Source: Ylistrum balloti
Taxonomy: Eukaryota
Direction: 5' to 3'
Length of the DNA: 64,000 nucleotides
Assembly (NCBI RefSeq): GCF_031769215.1
Contig: NW_026782794.1
Span: 310,001 to 374,000, forward strand
The translations under genes were made by a program, and so were the position numbers. Position 1 is the stretch's first letter. Each line of letters begins with the position of its first letter. Of the stretch, positions 62,609-64,000 are shown piece after piece. A model generated the notes under the pieces. It was not told the origin of the DNA. It made no database searches and saw only the letters and a program-made list of their open reading frames with translations.

Positions 62609-62930
62609 AGGTTCTGTACATGAAGATTATATGTCATAACATTGTTCTGTACATGAAGATTATATGTCATGACATTGTTCTGTACATGAAGATTACGTCA
62701 TGACATTGTTCTGTACATGAAGATTACGTCATGACATTGTTCTGTAAGATTACGTCATGACATTGTTCTGTACATGAAGATTATACGTCATGACATTGTT
62801 CTGTACATGAAGATTACGTCATGACATTGTTCTGTACATAAAGATTATACGTCATGATATTGTTCTGTAATATTACACATTATGACATTGTTCTGTACGT
62901 AAAGATTACACGTTACGACATTGTTCTATG
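62609..62930. repeat. ~28-33 bp degenerate minisatellite, ~10 copies
   Basis: ATTGTTCTGTACATGAAGATTA(TA)(C/T)GTCATGAC repeated with small indels. Confidence 0.9.
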
Positions 62931-64000
62931 TATAAAATTGAATGAACAGGATTCATATATTTCCGTTGTTCACCAGAATTTCATATCCTTTTTTTGCTGT
63001 CTAAAAAGTACAGCCTTGCTCAATTACCATATTTCAAGTTCAAGTTCGTTCATAACTAACTGGCTCATCTCTGATCCATTTATCGCTTTCTGACAATAAA
63101 ATGTTTAAATCACCAAACACCTCATCAAAACCCCATCCACGACTACTTGTATGGGTACATGTAATACAGAAGGTTTGTACCGTGATCTTACCTGTGCACG
63201 TGATTATTTCTTCATGATATGTTGCAAGGTATGACATGGCACGTTATTTACACGATGCAAAAGCAAATCGTGAATTGTTACGGAGACTTCTCTTTGTATA
63301 GGACAGTAGACGGGTCCACTTCTGACACGGGCTTCCATTACACACTATACATGTTCATTACTTAGCTCACTTTGATACTACAAACATGGTGTTCATGGCG
63401 AATTTTTCAAAAGTCGATATCTATTTCTATAACATGATTACGTATACTCTATTACACCTACATGTATTTTGCGTGCGTACACTAAGGCAGCACGTGTAAT
63501 CTTACAAATATGTATCAAATTACTTGCCGAGCATCAATATAGAAAGTTTTCAATAAGCTTTCAGATATCTATAATGGGTCATCAGAGGGAAAATAGGATT
63601 TTTTTTCACTATCTTCACATTTGTTTCGCTGAAATAAAGATGTAAGCGAATTATAATTAATGATATTTTATCGTGGATTCAACTTTGAGCAATGCATTTG
63701 AACCGTAAAAACATACACATCAGACTATACATGATACTTCACCGATTGCTTTGTACTATTTTTTCCTGTGTTGTCCGCCTTCCTCAGGGCGAATTTAGTA
63801 CGGTTAAACATACAAAGCAGGACAATGTCAGTCGACATTAACCCTTACAAATGAACGGGGAAAATGGTGACCCGTGGGGAAGTCAGAGAACAAAACAAAA
63901 TAATGTGAAAGGTTGAAATAGTATTCTACCAGTTATACATTTAACAAATTAACAATTATGCACAGTTTTGAACTTTTCATATTGAAAGTAAAGAAAGACA

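Overview
AT-rich, intron-containing animal genomic DNA, most likely a bivalve mollusc such as an oyster (inferred from repeat types and gene content). I assembled six spliced protein-coding genes by hand, checking GT/GC-AG sites and exon phases. (1) The 3' end of a Ser/Thr-rich mucin-like surface protein (+, <1-1792). (2) A secreted chitinase with two tandem GH18 domains (+, 6215-15307) that carries an in-frame TAA in domain 1. (3) The PQ-loop protein SLC66A3/PQLC3 (-, 16957-22591). (4) Head-to-head with it, the MORN-repeat radial spoke protein RSPH10B (+, 22810-32979), with one GC-AG intron. (5) A Tie-family receptor tyrosine kinase whose ectodomain appears to be EGF-like repeats only (-, 34168-48451). 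(6) A pancreatic-lipase-family enzyme with a full lid but no PLAT domain (-, 50954-57758). Non-coding DNA holds a tRNA-derived SINE, a Helentron-like non-autonomous element and several minisatellites (39, 63, 22, 50, ~52 and ~32 bp units). There is no CRISPR array, rRNA or intact tRNA. Most short ORFs in the supplied track are exon fragments or noise.
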